Assembly (NCBI RefSeq): GCF_006345805.1
Contig: NC_043000.1
Span: 14,136,001 to 14,200,000 of the forward strand
Reading direction: 5' to 3'
DNA length: 64,000 bases
Origin: Octopus sinensis
Taxonomy: Eukaryota
Part shown: piece by piece, positions 12,263 through 27,059 of the stretch
How the letters are laid out: each line of letters begins with the position of its first letter
How positions within the stretch are numbered: position 1 is the first letter of the stretch
Notes under the pieces: generated by a model
Databases searched by the model: none
What the model was told of the DNA's origin: nothing
Seen by the model: only the letters and a program-made list of their open reading frames with translations
Program-made: the position numbers and the translations under genes

Positions 12263-15200
12263 AAACTTATCCAATCTATGTTTTATCAACGAGTTTTTAT
12301 GACAATTGATTCCCATATCTGTTTGCATTTCCCGTTTGCTGATTTTTGTGCGCGCATACGTGTGCCTTGTTGGAACTTTTGAGAGATTTCATAACTATAT
12401 ACTAACACAACGTCCAGAATACCACTGTTATGCCATATGACATTGTGAAGCATTTCCACATTATCGCATTTCACAGCTGTTATACATAATTCAACACAAG
12501 AACCTTCTATTTTAAAGATACTATTAAAGCTAAGTTCTAATAATTTTATGGAATTTTGCCACTTACTCTCCTGAATCATTAACGATCTACTTATAAATCC
12601 ACGAAAGATTTGCTATACCCGTTGTGTAAAGAGAAAAATGAGCAGGTCAAAACCCCTAAGAATAGGCATTTGGTTCAGCTAAAATCTGATAAATATATCT
12701 GAGCACTGAGAACCAAGACCGAAATCAGTTCTTCCTCAGAGCCCTCGCACAAGTGAACTCAACTTACTCCATTGAAACTGTGTATAGAAACATGTTGTGC
12801 TTCAATATAGTGGTTTAATTCTCATCGTTTGCAGTCATATACACGTATAACGTGTTTCATGATGCATTATTATATTATATATTAAAGTATTATCACATGA
12901 AATTATGTTATTCTGTGTATTATCCCTGTATTTACTGTAGGATTTAGTACATGTTATAGTTTTATTGCTATAATGCCGTATATGAATCAACGTGGCAACT
13001 TGCTCTCCCAAGTGAGTTTTGCTTCTTGTAACTTGGCCTGCAAGGAAAGTTTTTGTTTCAAATTCAACAACATATATAATTGGCTTCAATAGGAAACACT
13101 GCCCCACACAAACACGATATTTTCTTATAACCTTTCGAGATCATTTTGAATGACTGACTTCAATCTACGAAGACTTGATGTTGTTTACAATCTCTTATCT
13201 CTGTAGGATTTCTACTATCAAGTCCACTGGTTGTTACCTCTCCCTTTGCTGGTATAACTGAAGTCTAGCATTATCCTTTGTTTATCAGGTGACTGGCACA
13301 ATGTGTTAAACTGTTCGCAGGTTTGATAAGCATATCTAACTTACGACACGAGTTTTAAGGTTTTAAGTTAAGGGATCAGGGTACGGAAGTTTATCAATAA
13401 GATTGGGCGGGTGGAGGGCCCAAATAAGACTGATTAAATAAGACTGGACAAATAAGACTGATTAAAAGGTTAAAAATTCAGCAACCTTCACTTGCAAAGT
13501 GATGGATAAAAAATACTGTGGGTAGTTATTTAACCCATTAGGATCTAAAGAGTACAACTAAAGACCCACCCGTATTCAGAGTGTTTACTTTCTTATACAG
13601 CAGGCATAGGGCACCGTTTTCGAGAAGCGGGCTGCATACGATATGACTCATCATCAGGTGGGCTACACATCTAAAAAGATTTTAATACATGTTATTTTCT
13701 TCATGTGATTAAGCGTGCCGTTCCGAAAGTTCCACGAGCTGAGGTTTTCCCATTTGTATATAGCTTGATGGAGACCAAAGAATGCAAGGAAATAGACGTG
13801 GAGAAGCTTGGTGCTTATGACATATTTATTCTCAAGAGCAGAACGCAGTGTTGTACTCGTTTGTCATTTGTTAATTCCAACATGATAGAGATCACCCTAT
13901 ATCTACAGTAGTTTAATCCAACAAGCTATCGAACCACTTTCCTATTGCTCTCACTGTTAAGAACAATGAAGTGTTACTATACACCGGTACTAATTCTATT
14001 TGAGAGATAAGTATTTTTGGACCTTGACACAACGCATTGCTGCTGACAAGATATGAACCACCGACCTCTTACTACCTTATCCACTCAAGTAGCAACACTC
14101 GATTTTAATAAAGTAATATTCAAACAATTTGTTAATTAACCACACTTCATAGAAGTTTTTCTTTTTTGGGGTGGAAGAACAATGTAAATGACCGTCGCAG
14201 GTTCTTCAAGAATGATGAGACCAATACCGCCATTAACCCAGATGAACATTTGTAGGTCAATGAAAACGTGGGCGAGGAAAGAAATGGCGGTCTGGATCGA
14301 ATGTTTGTCATAGTAAACACCTCTGAGGTTAGCTAACATAGTGCTGTTAAACTGGAGAGCGGCGTATTGGGTCTACTGCACCAATAAACAGTGATAACAC
14401 TGGCGTTTCAAGCAGTGTCTGAGTCAAATTTATTCAATGTTCATTCTTTCTTTAAACCCTGTCATCCGCGTTCTTGCTATAGCGGGAACAGGCTAAACCT
14501 CATCTTTGCCAGATTCCTGGTAATGAACGACACATATAGAAAAAGATGCAGCTAATTCTGTGCGCTAATTTGTCTGCAAACGTTAGTCTTGAGCTGTATA
14601 AGCAACAATTTATTCTTTTCCTCAGGAGCCTAAAGTTAGACACAAGGGTCTAGGTCAGAGAGGGTTGAGACGACAGAGTATGATTCGAGCGAGATTTGGC
14701 TGTTGGTTCTAGCAAGTCGAGTAACAACGTAGAGGTTTCCATATTGGTTCTGCTTATGACTCAGACAATAACATAAGTACAAGAGCACAATGAAGCACAC
14801 TTGCAGATGTATAGACGGTCAGGTACAAAGGTGCAAACACAGACGAACACCCACTTGTTATTTAAAAATGTGCTTGTTGCAGTTAAATTCCTGAGCAGAA
14901 TTTTTATCTTGAGCTAGAAGAAACACGTAAAATATAACGCACACTAGAACAATCTTTCGATTTAGGCACATAAAATGGCCAACTGCCAAGTAAAACGGTT
15001 TGACAGAAAAAAAATGTATATTAGTATTTAAATGTGATAAACTCAAACATATACATACACGCCTTTAGTCAAAGAGTATAATTTTACACTCTATACTCTT
15101 GAACAAATATATAAGTACGAATAAACAAGAAACTATTGGTAAATACTTTTCCATAATTGCTTTCTAAGAAATGAAAGCTTTAAAGATGTTATTTTACACT

Positions 15201-15284
15201 TTCATTTTGTAATCGGCCATTTTACGTGTCGAAATGGAAAGCTTATCCACACTATATATTTCTAGCATAAGCACAGGGCCGCAA

Positions 15285-15640
15285 ATTCGGAAAAAGGCGT
15301 AGATAGAATCGATTTCAGCATTTGACTGGTACTAGTTTTATTGATGTCTAGGAAGAATGAAAGCAGAATTTGAAAACGCAACTAACTACATACAACCACG
15401 GGGTTATTAACCTGGTAACTACCCTTTCTGCAGTCCTACACCCTTTTAATAATAACGATGATATATCCAACATGAACACGCGGCTACACTATACATTCAG
15501 GTAGTGAATATGGTCGATTATATCGATCTCACTCCCACATTTAACCGTGTATTTATGTTATCGACCGCAAAAGGACGGAGAGCTGAATCGACCCCGATAG
15601 AATTTGAACGCAAGAACATAAAAGGGACGTAACTGATAAG
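15285..15640 (-). mobile_element. Decayed SINE family B fragments
   Basis: GACTGGTACT, TTATCGACCGCAAAAGGA and GAATTTGAACGCAAGAAC remnants. Confidence 0.45.
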
Positions 15641-16624
15641 GTATGAAGCATACAAATAAGATGTATACCGATTAGTACTGAGAGCCTTATATACATACTG
15701 CATTATAATACATTGTTAATCCTCTAGTGTACTTTTACGTTGGGGTTAAGTCCCTCAGCAGGCCTTTTGAATATGCTATTAAAGTTGTTGTTTTTTTATA
15801 TAGAAGTTTATATTATCTTTTTAATCCCGCAATGTGAAGACAATCCAATATATCAACAAACAAGTTATTACGATAAAGAATATTTTTATGAACTTCTTTT
15901 TACATGTAATATAAACTACCTGTGTGAGGGAGAGAGAGAGAGGAAAGAGCGTCGTCGCGTTTACTAAAGAAAAGAAAAATCTTTAAATTAATTTGTTCCA
16001 TATTCCAACCAATATTTAGTAAGGGCAAAACTAAGGTTCAACATTTTATAAACAATAAACATAAACATGACATGCCCATCAAAAATATTAATGCATGCAT
16101 ATACACCTATATATTATGGAGATATACAATAGCTGTGGTACAAAAATATATCAAATACTAATAGACGCATCTTTAAAAACTTAAGGGTATGTATTTGTGT
16201 GGCATATTCACACACGGAACGTGTGGGAATTTGAAGAGACACTATCACAATACTGGTAACCAGATACAAGGAAACGGTGCGCTATATACACTTCCTCTAC
16301 ATTTCAATATAGATGTGTGCGCACTCACCAACGAAGACTGGGTTTTTAAATTCAGTTACATCCACCTTTTACTAGTTAGGACCACTTAAGATAAAAAGTA
16401 GATATCACATGTGTATGGGTACACCTACATTTACACACAAGTGATGAAATATACCACACACACACACACACACGAAATATATCGCCTCACGGCTATGTAA
16501 CCTATACACAGGTATGTGTACCTACACGCACATATAGCAGGCGTGTATTACCCTACGTATATTTCATAGAAGTTTTACGTATCCGCTATAATGCTGTTAT
16601 GATAACCATACACACACGTGTGTA

Positions 16625-17095
<471 letters not shown>

Positions 17096-18329
17096 CATGT
17101 ATACAATTATTACGTAATAACACTGTAATTGCGTGTATCTGCAACAAGTGTAATAAATACATACCAGGGTAACAGTTTTATAGTCACATGTAACATTCCG
17201 AACAACAAATGTAGATAAATACGCTATGGCTCAGAAATGTATCGAATCAACACACATACATACACACACACCTTTCCGCCAAGCGCACATACCAAGCATC
17301 AATGTTTGTAAATACCATGACCATGTAATCAACATATCTCAAAAATCTCAGCCACAAGTACACGCCACCACATTACTCCCAACATGTAACCAATACGAAT
17401 ACACACACAGACATGCATATTTACATAACACGTAAATAACAGACTATGTGCCTGTAACGTATGCATATAAGCACACATCGAAAACAAAACCACACCATTA
17501 TTATATTACATAAATGTCGAGTCTTAAAGACGAGATGGCCATGGAAGAAACGTCTCTGGTTACAAGGTCGGTTCAATCAGGGCTGACCCGAGTCGAAACA
17601 TTAACACCATCACCATATTTTATACGTAATAACGAAAACACAACAATATAAACAGAAAGAGCTGTAACAGAAAAAAAAAGACCCCAGCAGTATAATGGTG
17701 ATGTGGCTATAATAAGAAACCTTGAGAGAGAAAGAAAAGTGTATGCGTCCGTTTCAGATATATGTGTATATAACTGTACATATATGGATTACACACACAT
17801 TTTATATATATATACATATATATATTATAGTGTGTATGTATGTGTGCGCGCCAAGTGGGGGCGGGTGTGAGTTGCGAGCAGATCCAAATAAACAAGTTCT
17901 ATAGTTAGGTTAGCTTGGCTGACAGTCTGTTCTTCCCCCCCTCCCTCATCTAGCTTACTTCTATCTGTCACTCTCTCTCTCTCTCCCCGCTGCACACACA
18001 CACACACATACATACACACACCATAACTCCCACTCTCTCACTTAAACAGTTAGTCTAAAATGCCACACTACCCATCTATCCATCCATCACGCACTCACTT
18101 ACCGCCTCACCCCGCCGTATAACAAGCAAGAACGGCTCGCCCTTACCCCCACCTCGTCAGGCCGTCTCTCGTCTCTTCCGCCCCTCCGACCCGCAAGCTA
18201 CCCTTCTCCAGAAGGTGAAGGACAACGGCAACCCAGGAGATGCGGTGGTGTCCTGGGTGGGGAAGCCAGTCTATTGCTTTACAACCAAAATACAGTCTGA
18301 TGACGGAATCGACAAGTAACTGGGGTTTG

Positions 18330-19330
18330 GAGATGAGCCAAGATAGAGATAGGTAGATAGAGAGTAGAGATATTTAAGAAAGGAGGAGAACAGGGAGTTA
18401 GATGTGATGTTAAGAAGGAGGAGAGGAAGTAGAAAAAGGGGAGTTATGAAAGATAGAAAAAGGTAATAGAAGTGTGAGCTGAGAGAGAGTATGATAGCAG
18501 AAAAATAGAGACATAGAGAGAGATAGGTAGATAGACACTGATAGAGAGATTAAGAATAGACATTTAAAGCTAAGCAGACGTTGAAGAGAGGGTGAGAAAC
18601 ATAGTAAAATAGAGCAAGAGATCTTAAAAAGACAGAGAAAACAGAAAAGGAGAAAGAGATAAGAAACATGAAAGAACGAGAAAGAGAGAGCAGAGTGAGA
18701 GATAAACAGAAAGAGAGAGAGAGAAGTAGTGTCTCACACACACACACACCCACACAGATTAATGTTATTTGAAGTAAACAAATTAAGAGTGGAAGGGTTG
18801 GAGCGGAGGGGAAATGACAAGGTTATGAGAGGGAGAGTGAGAGAAGGAGAAGAGAAGGTTATGAAAGAGAAGCTCAAGATATTCAGAAAGAGTGGGATGA
18901 TGTTGATTAGACAGAAAGAACAGACAGTCAGAGGAGGAGGCAAGGTAAAAATAAGAGAATTTATGAGAGGGAGAGTTAAAGCAGACAGAATCGTGTAAGT
19001 AAGAGGAAAAGAAAGGTAGAAATGCATATGGAAGTGAGAGAGGGGGTAGAACAGACAGTGTAGTGGAATTACAAACAATAATAGAGAGGGAGGGAGGAGG
19101 AGGTGGACACGAAAGAAGAAGAGTATTAAGAGAGAGAGGGGAGGAAGGGGGTAGAGGTAGAGATGATGCACGAAAAACAAGGCAAACAAGTGAAAGAATA
19201 CAAGACAAGAGAACGAACACAAACAGAAAACGATAGACAGAGAAGTGAAGAGAGAGGGTGAGGGAATGAAATAAAGAGAGAGAGAGAGAGAGAGAGAGAA
19301 GCGAGCAAAAGAGGGAGAAGGGTAAAAGCT
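18330..19330. repeat. ~1 kb purine-rich (GA/GGA) low-complexity tract
   Basis: The plus strand is strongly enriched in A and G, with (GA)n runs. Confidence 0.85.
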
Positions 19331-20153
19331 GGCTGCTAAAAACACCAACTGTTGCAAATATGGAAGAAAGCAGCTACGATGTGTTTACGGTGAAAATATG
19401 TCTGTCAGTTGGAACTGCCGACTTTCTAACTGGTCCCCGCCACTTTCTCCTTGCACGTTGTCTGCTCTCACAGTACTACCACCACCACAGTGCAGACAGC
19501 ACAGCACAAATTACTACACAAACTATATGAAAAACACTACTACCACTACTTAGAATAATAATAATAATAATAGTAATAATAGCAGCGTACACATTAAACA
19601 TGCCTGAATACTACCACCCTACTACATAGTATAACACACTATTACAACGCATGTCACATTTCACACAACATTCCGCAGTTATAAACAATAGTAGGACATA
19701 AACACACAGATATAGTAAATTACACGCAACATGCCATGATCACTAACACTACATTACTTGATACTCACTACACACGAGCATTGCACCACATCACTAGAGA
19801 TATATACACACATATTTTTACGTATGTACATACATATTTTATAAATATCACCACATATTCAAGGATAGCATTCCAAACACTTACAGCAAGGTATCTGAAC
19901 ACTGCCACCAGACAAACTTTAACATTTGATTATTAAAGCTTATCGTACCACCAGTAACATTATAACATGTTTTATATTCCAATTTAGGCTTATATGAACC
20001 CACTAAACAATTATATATGTCACATTGAATTTGTGCAATCACAGAAGTACACGATTTAAAAAGGGAATAAAAAAAACCTACACAAAACAGGCATATACGA
20101 TATCTAACAAATACTACATGCTTACATTATTTTCTACTCTGAACTGTCTTCGA

Positions 20154-20201
<48 letters not shown>

Positions 20202-20675
20202 CACACACGCACGCACATTTATACGTACATGTTTACACACTCTGTAACCTCGTCACAATAATAAACACCTGTGACCCCTGCAGACAATAAAACCCATTAC
20301 ACTATATTCGCATTAGTTACCACTCGATAGTCCCGCCAATAACAGCTCATATATACACTCTGTAACCCTACCAGCACTGTCTACATGCTCTGTCAGACAT
20401 GTATACAACGTAGTATATATACTCTACGCTTAGTACAGCGCCACCAGACATTATATAAACATTAAGGGACCATACACGGGGCAGTGCATATTCAAGTCGG
20501 TTACTGTATTAGTTATATAATACATCCTATGGCTTCACTCGAGGCAATATCTATTGCCATCAACCATTATATACAGATCAGATCGTGTGTGTATATAAAC
20601 ACGCTTTCTAGCCCCACAAACCATGTAGGTATATGTACGTAATTAATCGCAGGTGTAGTGGAGTGTGTGTGCGTA

Positions 20676-20710
<35 letters not shown>

Positions 20711-21250
20711 GCTCTTGCGCGCACACATACACACATCGTAATCACTGGATACGTACATTCAAACTTTACACCACCTTACTACCTTCGATGTCTGGCTGTT
20801 GTGTATCAGAATACGACAGGGTATGTGTGTAACAATCAAATACATCTGTATCATTATACCCCTCGTTCCTAATTCAGGTGTGTGCGTGTGTATATATATG
20901 TATATATATATATATATATATTACATTACATTACATAATCAGTATCACTATTAACTTAAATATCTGTGTGTTCATGTACAGAAAACAAAACATTTAGTAA
21001 GAAACGAATTTATTAATTATTTTGAGTTGACTAAGGACTTTAAGTTTCTTCTCTATTGGTTTTACGACGATAAGACGAAACTTAGAAGTCCCGGTCAACT
21101 CAGATTAATATTACACACATAAACAAGTCCCTAGTTAACCTCTATATACGTGTACCTAAATACAACACATGTACACCCACTTACATATTTATACATATAT
21201 AAATAACACTCTAGCAAACATTTACCCCAACCAGTATATATACATATATG

Positions 21251-21290
<40 letters not shown>

Positions 21291-21369
21291 CACACGCACA
21301 CACAGTACAATACAACAACACCAAAATATACAGATACACAAGAAATATAAAGGCAAAGCAAGCACCTAC

Positions 21370-21453
21370 CTTCAACTTCTTTAAGTAACCAGTCTTCACG
21401 ACATCACTGCTATCCTCCATACGATGGTTGGTGTTCTTTTTACTCGATGCCAT
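21370..21453 (-). CDS. IRS: First coding exon of an insulin receptor substrate (IRS1/2, chico-like) gene; start of the PH domain
   Basis: ATG at 21453 in good Kozak context (AATATGG). 84 nt encode MASSKKNTNHRMEDSSDVVKTGYLKKLK, followed by a phase-0 donor AAG|GTAGGT. GYLKKLK matches the first PH strand of Drosophila chico (GYLKKLK-TMKKKFFVL) and IRS1 (DVRKVGYLRK). Downstream exons were not found in the window. Confidence 0.8.
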
Positions 21454-22747
21454 ATTATCAAGTTAAAGGAAGAAATAATAATAGTAACTACTATTATTAT
21501 TAATAATAATAATAATAATAATAATTCGCCAGCAGTTATTGACGTTGGCGAGTTTGTTTTTTTTTTTTTTTCTTTCTCATTCACAAGACCTATACCACAA
21601 CATACCTGCTTCGCACCCTGTAGGGTAGGTGAAGTAAAAACAGGCGCAATCCAAACATTGACAAATACTTATTCTGTCGATACATCATTGGAGGGGAAGG
21701 GGAGAAAAAAGTAGAGGGGTGTAAGGTGGACTCTGCTGTGGTGGTCTTATGTTTCTTGTTATTGTATGTTTATATATATATATATATATATCTCCCGTGA
21801 ATTACTTCTTACTGTCAACAAGAGACAAGGGTTCGCTCCTCACATTATACAATTTAAAACAAGTTTCCGTTCCGTTTTTGTTTTCTTTTTTTTTCCTTTT
21901 TTCCAATCCAAAAAGGACAAGGAATCATAAAAAAATAAAAAAGATAAACCAATTAAATTAATTAGTAATATTAATGATAACAATCTCCTTGTAATCCTGT
22001 GTTAACGTTAAAATAATTTGTTGGGTTTTTTTTTCTTTTTTAATTATTATAAATACATAAAAAAGAGAGCCACTTGTATTCAACTTAAAAAAAAAGATTT
22101 TGTTGTTGATATTGTTCTTATTTTCTGTTAGAGGTCAGAAAGATCTGTTATAATATTAATATTAATAATAATAACAACAACAACAATAATAATAACTATG
22201 TGTAAATCCGATTTCAATGTTGCAGTGTGTGTATATTATGGCGAAGTAATGCTGTTTTTCTGTCTCTCTCCCACATACACACGAGATCAGTGAGAAAGAA
22301 GAAAGGAAAGGAAGACAACGCATATGGATAATATTGATGATGATGATGATGATGGTGATGATAATAATGATGATAGAGGCGGTGGCGGAGGAGGAGGAGC
22401 AGGAGTAGGAGGCGGGTGAGGAGAATAGCACACAAACAACCTCTCCACCGAAGCCATAAACAAGCACTGGGTGTCAGTTTTGTTGTTTTCTTCTTTTTTT
22501 TTTAACGGATGGTGATGATGGTATGCTGTTTTTTTTTATGACGGGTACCTCCACCCTGATATATATATGAAACAGCAAATTTCAACGACCCCTGATGTAG
22601 GAGAAGTGAGTGAAGTGAAGAAGTCAGAAAGAGAAAGAAAGCTGGGGGAAAACTCCTTCAGCTTTAAGATTGCCAAGGTTTGTCAAAAGAGTGAGTGACT
22701 TTTCCAAAATTCCACCATCCCCAAGTTTTTCATGTAATAAAATTTAA

Positions 22748-22779
<32 letters not shown>

Positions 22780-23798
22780 GTATGTATGTATTATAAAGTG
22801 ATGACTATGGTGTTTGTGTTCTTGACGTTGTCGGTTGGCTGTTTGTTGGTTTGTTGTTGTTGTTGTTGAGATAATCTCGTTTGGTTTGTCTGGTTGGTTC
22901 AGCTGGGTGGATGGAGGAATGTGAAGAGGAGACGACAATCTGTAAAGGACTTCCAACTATGTACGAGGGACGAGTGGTTATGTCGAGCAAGAGACGGGGG
23001 AAGGGAGGCGATCAGACGGATCTCCCTACCACACACATACACATGTGACTCGGCCCTCCAAAGAAGACCTGAGTCTACACAGACAGCTATGCTAACATAT
23101 ATACATGTGTGTGCGTGTGTATTTGTGTATAACCTTGTCTGTCTGTGCGCAAATACATAGAGACGAGGGTTTGTATGTGGTGACGCTAGACTGAGGCAAC
23201 GTGGGACACTTGTAACCAGGGTATCACCAAGTACCCCTCTCTATGTTTTTCTCTCTTTTACTCCCTCTTTATTGCTCTCACACTCTTTTCTGTATATATA
23301 TATATGTGTGTATATATATATATATATGTTTCTTTCTGTGTTTATGTAAATATACGCCTGTGTCCTATCTTTCAATATTTCACTATCTTCTTACTCCCTA
23401 TCTTTATTATATGTTTATTCGTATAAATTTCTCCCCTCTTTTGCTCTCTAAGAATATTCTCTCTCTCTCTCTTTCTTTCTTTCTCTCTGTGTCGTTCTTG
23501 CCTTCCAGACAGATATCTCCCCTCGTGGATATGCAACAGATATAGACCGACCTTCAGTCTCTTACACAACTAGACTACAGAAAACAACCGTGACCAGAAC
23601 ACATACATATACTTATATAATCAGGCATACACACACACACACATATGTTTTCTTTTCTCAATATATTTATATATAATGAATATATTTCTACACATATACA
23701 CACACTAATGTCAAATTAGTGAACCAAAAACAGATATGAAGGCGGCAGAAACTTTCTAAAAATATAGATGCATGTGTGTATATCGTAATATATAAATT

Positions 23799-23830
<32 letters not shown>

Positions 23831-24471
23831 GGTTTGTGTTTGGATACTTACACAGATGTTTGTGTGTAGTAGGGCGATTTATTACAAATATGTTGTTTGG
23901 ATAGATCTATCTGTCTTTATATATATGTGTGTGTTTGTCTGTGTAGTTATTTACAATATACGTGTGTGGAAATTTATACAGACGTGTCGTGTGTCTGTAT
24001 GTGGTTATTTAAAATAGGTGTATGTATTATGTATACAGCCCTATATCTGTGAGTGGTTATTTACCACAATATGCTTATGTGCCAATTTTTATGTATGTAG
24101 TAGACGTGTATTTGCATGTGAGGGATGTTATTAATATTCGTGTATACGTGTAAATTTCATGTAAATAGACGTGTGGAGCAGATGTGTGTTTATTTCTGGG
24201 TCCAACGCGCGCGTGTATGTATGTATGTATGTATATATATAAATTACGTATATAAACACCTATGTTGGTTTATATATAAATTATTGGTGTGAAAATGTTG
24301 TTTGTAGTAAGTATAACCATATATTCTGGCTACTGCTGATGCCGTTATAGTAATCATATGTACGTTACGATGCTGACAATAAGTATATATTTTATGTATG
24401 TATAGGTTTGTATATATATATATATTATATATATATATATAATATAATGTATGTATGTATAGGAGGTTTTG

Positions 24472-24508
<37 letters not shown>

Positions 24509-24656
24509 AAATCGACGTGTTTTGGGAGGGAAATAGCAGAAGTTTCGAGAAATGGAATTGGTCAAGTTGAACTAGGTGAGAGAGATGGTGTCCGGTGCAG
24601 GGTCATAGAAGGGGAACGGTACGAATTATATATATATACGTGTACGTATGTATGAA

Positions 24657-24690
<34 letters not shown>

Positions 24691-24879
24691 TCACAATACA
24701 TACACAGTTATCTATCTATCTGTCTTTATATATATATATATGTGTGTGTGTGTTTAGTGTTCGTATATAGTAGTATAAACGCAAGGAAACTCGTTCATTC
24801 AACAAGATATTTCTATAGCCGCTTCTTTGGGGAGTGCCAGCTTTACTCGCCACTGTAAGGAAGGAATGAGGGGGGTAGT

Positions 24880-25533
24880 GGTTATAGTAGATCTACTAGT
24901 GGTGGCGAGGGCGGCGACTGGTGTAGTAGTAATAGTAGTAGCAGTAGTAGTGTTGGCGGTTGTGGTTATTGACGTAGTGATGGTGACTGTTGTTTTATTG
25001 GCGTAGTAGTAGTAGTAGTATAAGTAGTATTTGCTAACGATTGTGGTAGTGGTTATCGATGTAGTGGAATAATAAAACTACGGTAGTAGAATTAACGGTA
25101 GTTGTGGTATTATTGACGTAGTAGGAGTGATGGTGATGATGATAGTTATTAATGTAGTAGCAGTAGAAGAATTAATGAACGTGGTGGTGGTGGTGGTAGT
25201 AGTGGTTATTCATGAAGTAGAAGTAGTAACAGCAAAGCATGAGTTTATTACGCTGTTGGTGATGTGGGTAGTTGCTAGTTATTGACGTGTGATGGTGATA
25301 GTAATAGTAATACTATTATTGGTGGTGGTGGTAGTGGTTATTAGTGACATAGAAATATCAGTAATAATATTGACAGAAGTGATGGGTTGTTGACGTAGAA
25401 GTAATAGTAGCAGTAGTTGTAAGTGATGGTTATTGACGTAGTGTTATTAGTAATAACAATATTGATGCTACACTATGAAGGTCATAACAATTGTGATGGT
25501 GCGAGAGGCTATTGATGCAGTGTGTGTATATTA

Positions 25534-25613
<80 letters not shown>

Positions 25614-26160
25614 GTATGTATGTATGTATATATATGTATGTATGTATATATATGTATGTATGTATATGTATGTATATATATATGTATATATATATATAGT
25701 AATAAAACTGGTTGACTAGCAAAGCGTAGTGGTAATAGTAGAAGTGTTATATGATGTGGGTGGGTAGCAGTTATAGTGGTATCTGTCCGAAAGTAATGTT
25801 GGTAGTATAAGTAATAGTAGTAATAATAATGATAATAATAGCAGTTAGGATTTTAGTGGTGGGTACTATAGTAATACTATTAGTCGTGTTAGTCTGCTCG
25901 TAAAATTGCTACTATTAAATGTATGATTATATTATATTATATTATATTATATTATATATACATGTATGTATTACTAATGTAAAAAGTAAAGGCGACTGCG
26001 AGAATAGTGGAGAGAGATAGTCAGTCGTAACTACTAGCAGTAGCACTAGTACATTTGGTAGTAGTAGTAGTAGCAGCAGCAATGACGATAACAGTGAATC
26101 GTCAAGCGATAGTAAAATACGATTTGGGTTTATCGTAGTAATACAAGAATGAGTAGTAGT
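24880..26160. repeat. Degenerate (GTA/GGT/GAT)n trinucleotide region with an embedded (AT)n/(ATGT)n
   Basis: Direct reading. Confidence 0.8.
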
Positions 26161-27009
26161 AGTAGTAGTAGTTACAATTGAGTTGGTGTTTTACTGCTGA
26201 TATAAATATAATTATATATATATAAATATAATTATATATTATATAATTATATATATATATATATATATATATTCCACAGGTTAATGCTATACGTAATCCA
26301 GTTTGTTTGTGATTGTTATTGTAAATCCAGTGTTTTGTTTTTGTTGTTGTAAATCCAGGGATGTTATTGTTGCGAATGTTCATTCGCAACAATAATCCAA
26401 TGTTTTTTATAGTGACTGTTGTTATAGTAATCCAATGTTGTTGTTGTTGCTATTGTAATCCAGTTTTGTAATCGTTATTATTATTATTATTACTGTTATT
26501 TGTAATCTAGTTTAGTTATCGCTATTATTGTTATGATTGTTGCTATTTAAAATCCAGTTGGTAGAGATTGTTGATAATTATTGTAAGCCCAATATATTAA
26601 TTGTGGTCAGCATTGATGTTGTAATGTAACGTTATATCATTATTGTTCAGATAATAATACACAAGTTTATACTGTTGTAATACACACTTCTACAACTGTA
26701 CCGTTAACCAAATGATAGTATAGTTATTTTAATCTGTTATTTGTTTGCGATCCAGTGTTATATATATACTTGTTACTAAATTACTGTGCAGTTACCCCAG
26801 CTCTATATTGATGCTACTTTTCATATATATAAATATATATGGTGTTATGATCCAGCTTTTAACAGCAATTCACACTCCACAAAGTTGTTTTTATTCAGTT
26901 GTTATATGTTATTACTATTATTGTTGCTAATTACGTAATGATGTACTTGTAGTTGTTACCAGAATTACATGCTACTGTTGATTAGCGCTGTGGTAGCGCT
27001 AATCAAGTT

Positions 27010-27059
<50 letters not shown>

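Noticed and set aside
13420-13467. AAATAAGACTGATTAAA short direct repeats
   Set aside because: Only 2-3 units without spacers; a local slippage duplication, not CRISPR-like.
17520-17600. GACGAG...GAAACGTC hammerhead-like remnant
   Set aside because: Core and stem II cannot be formed convincingly.
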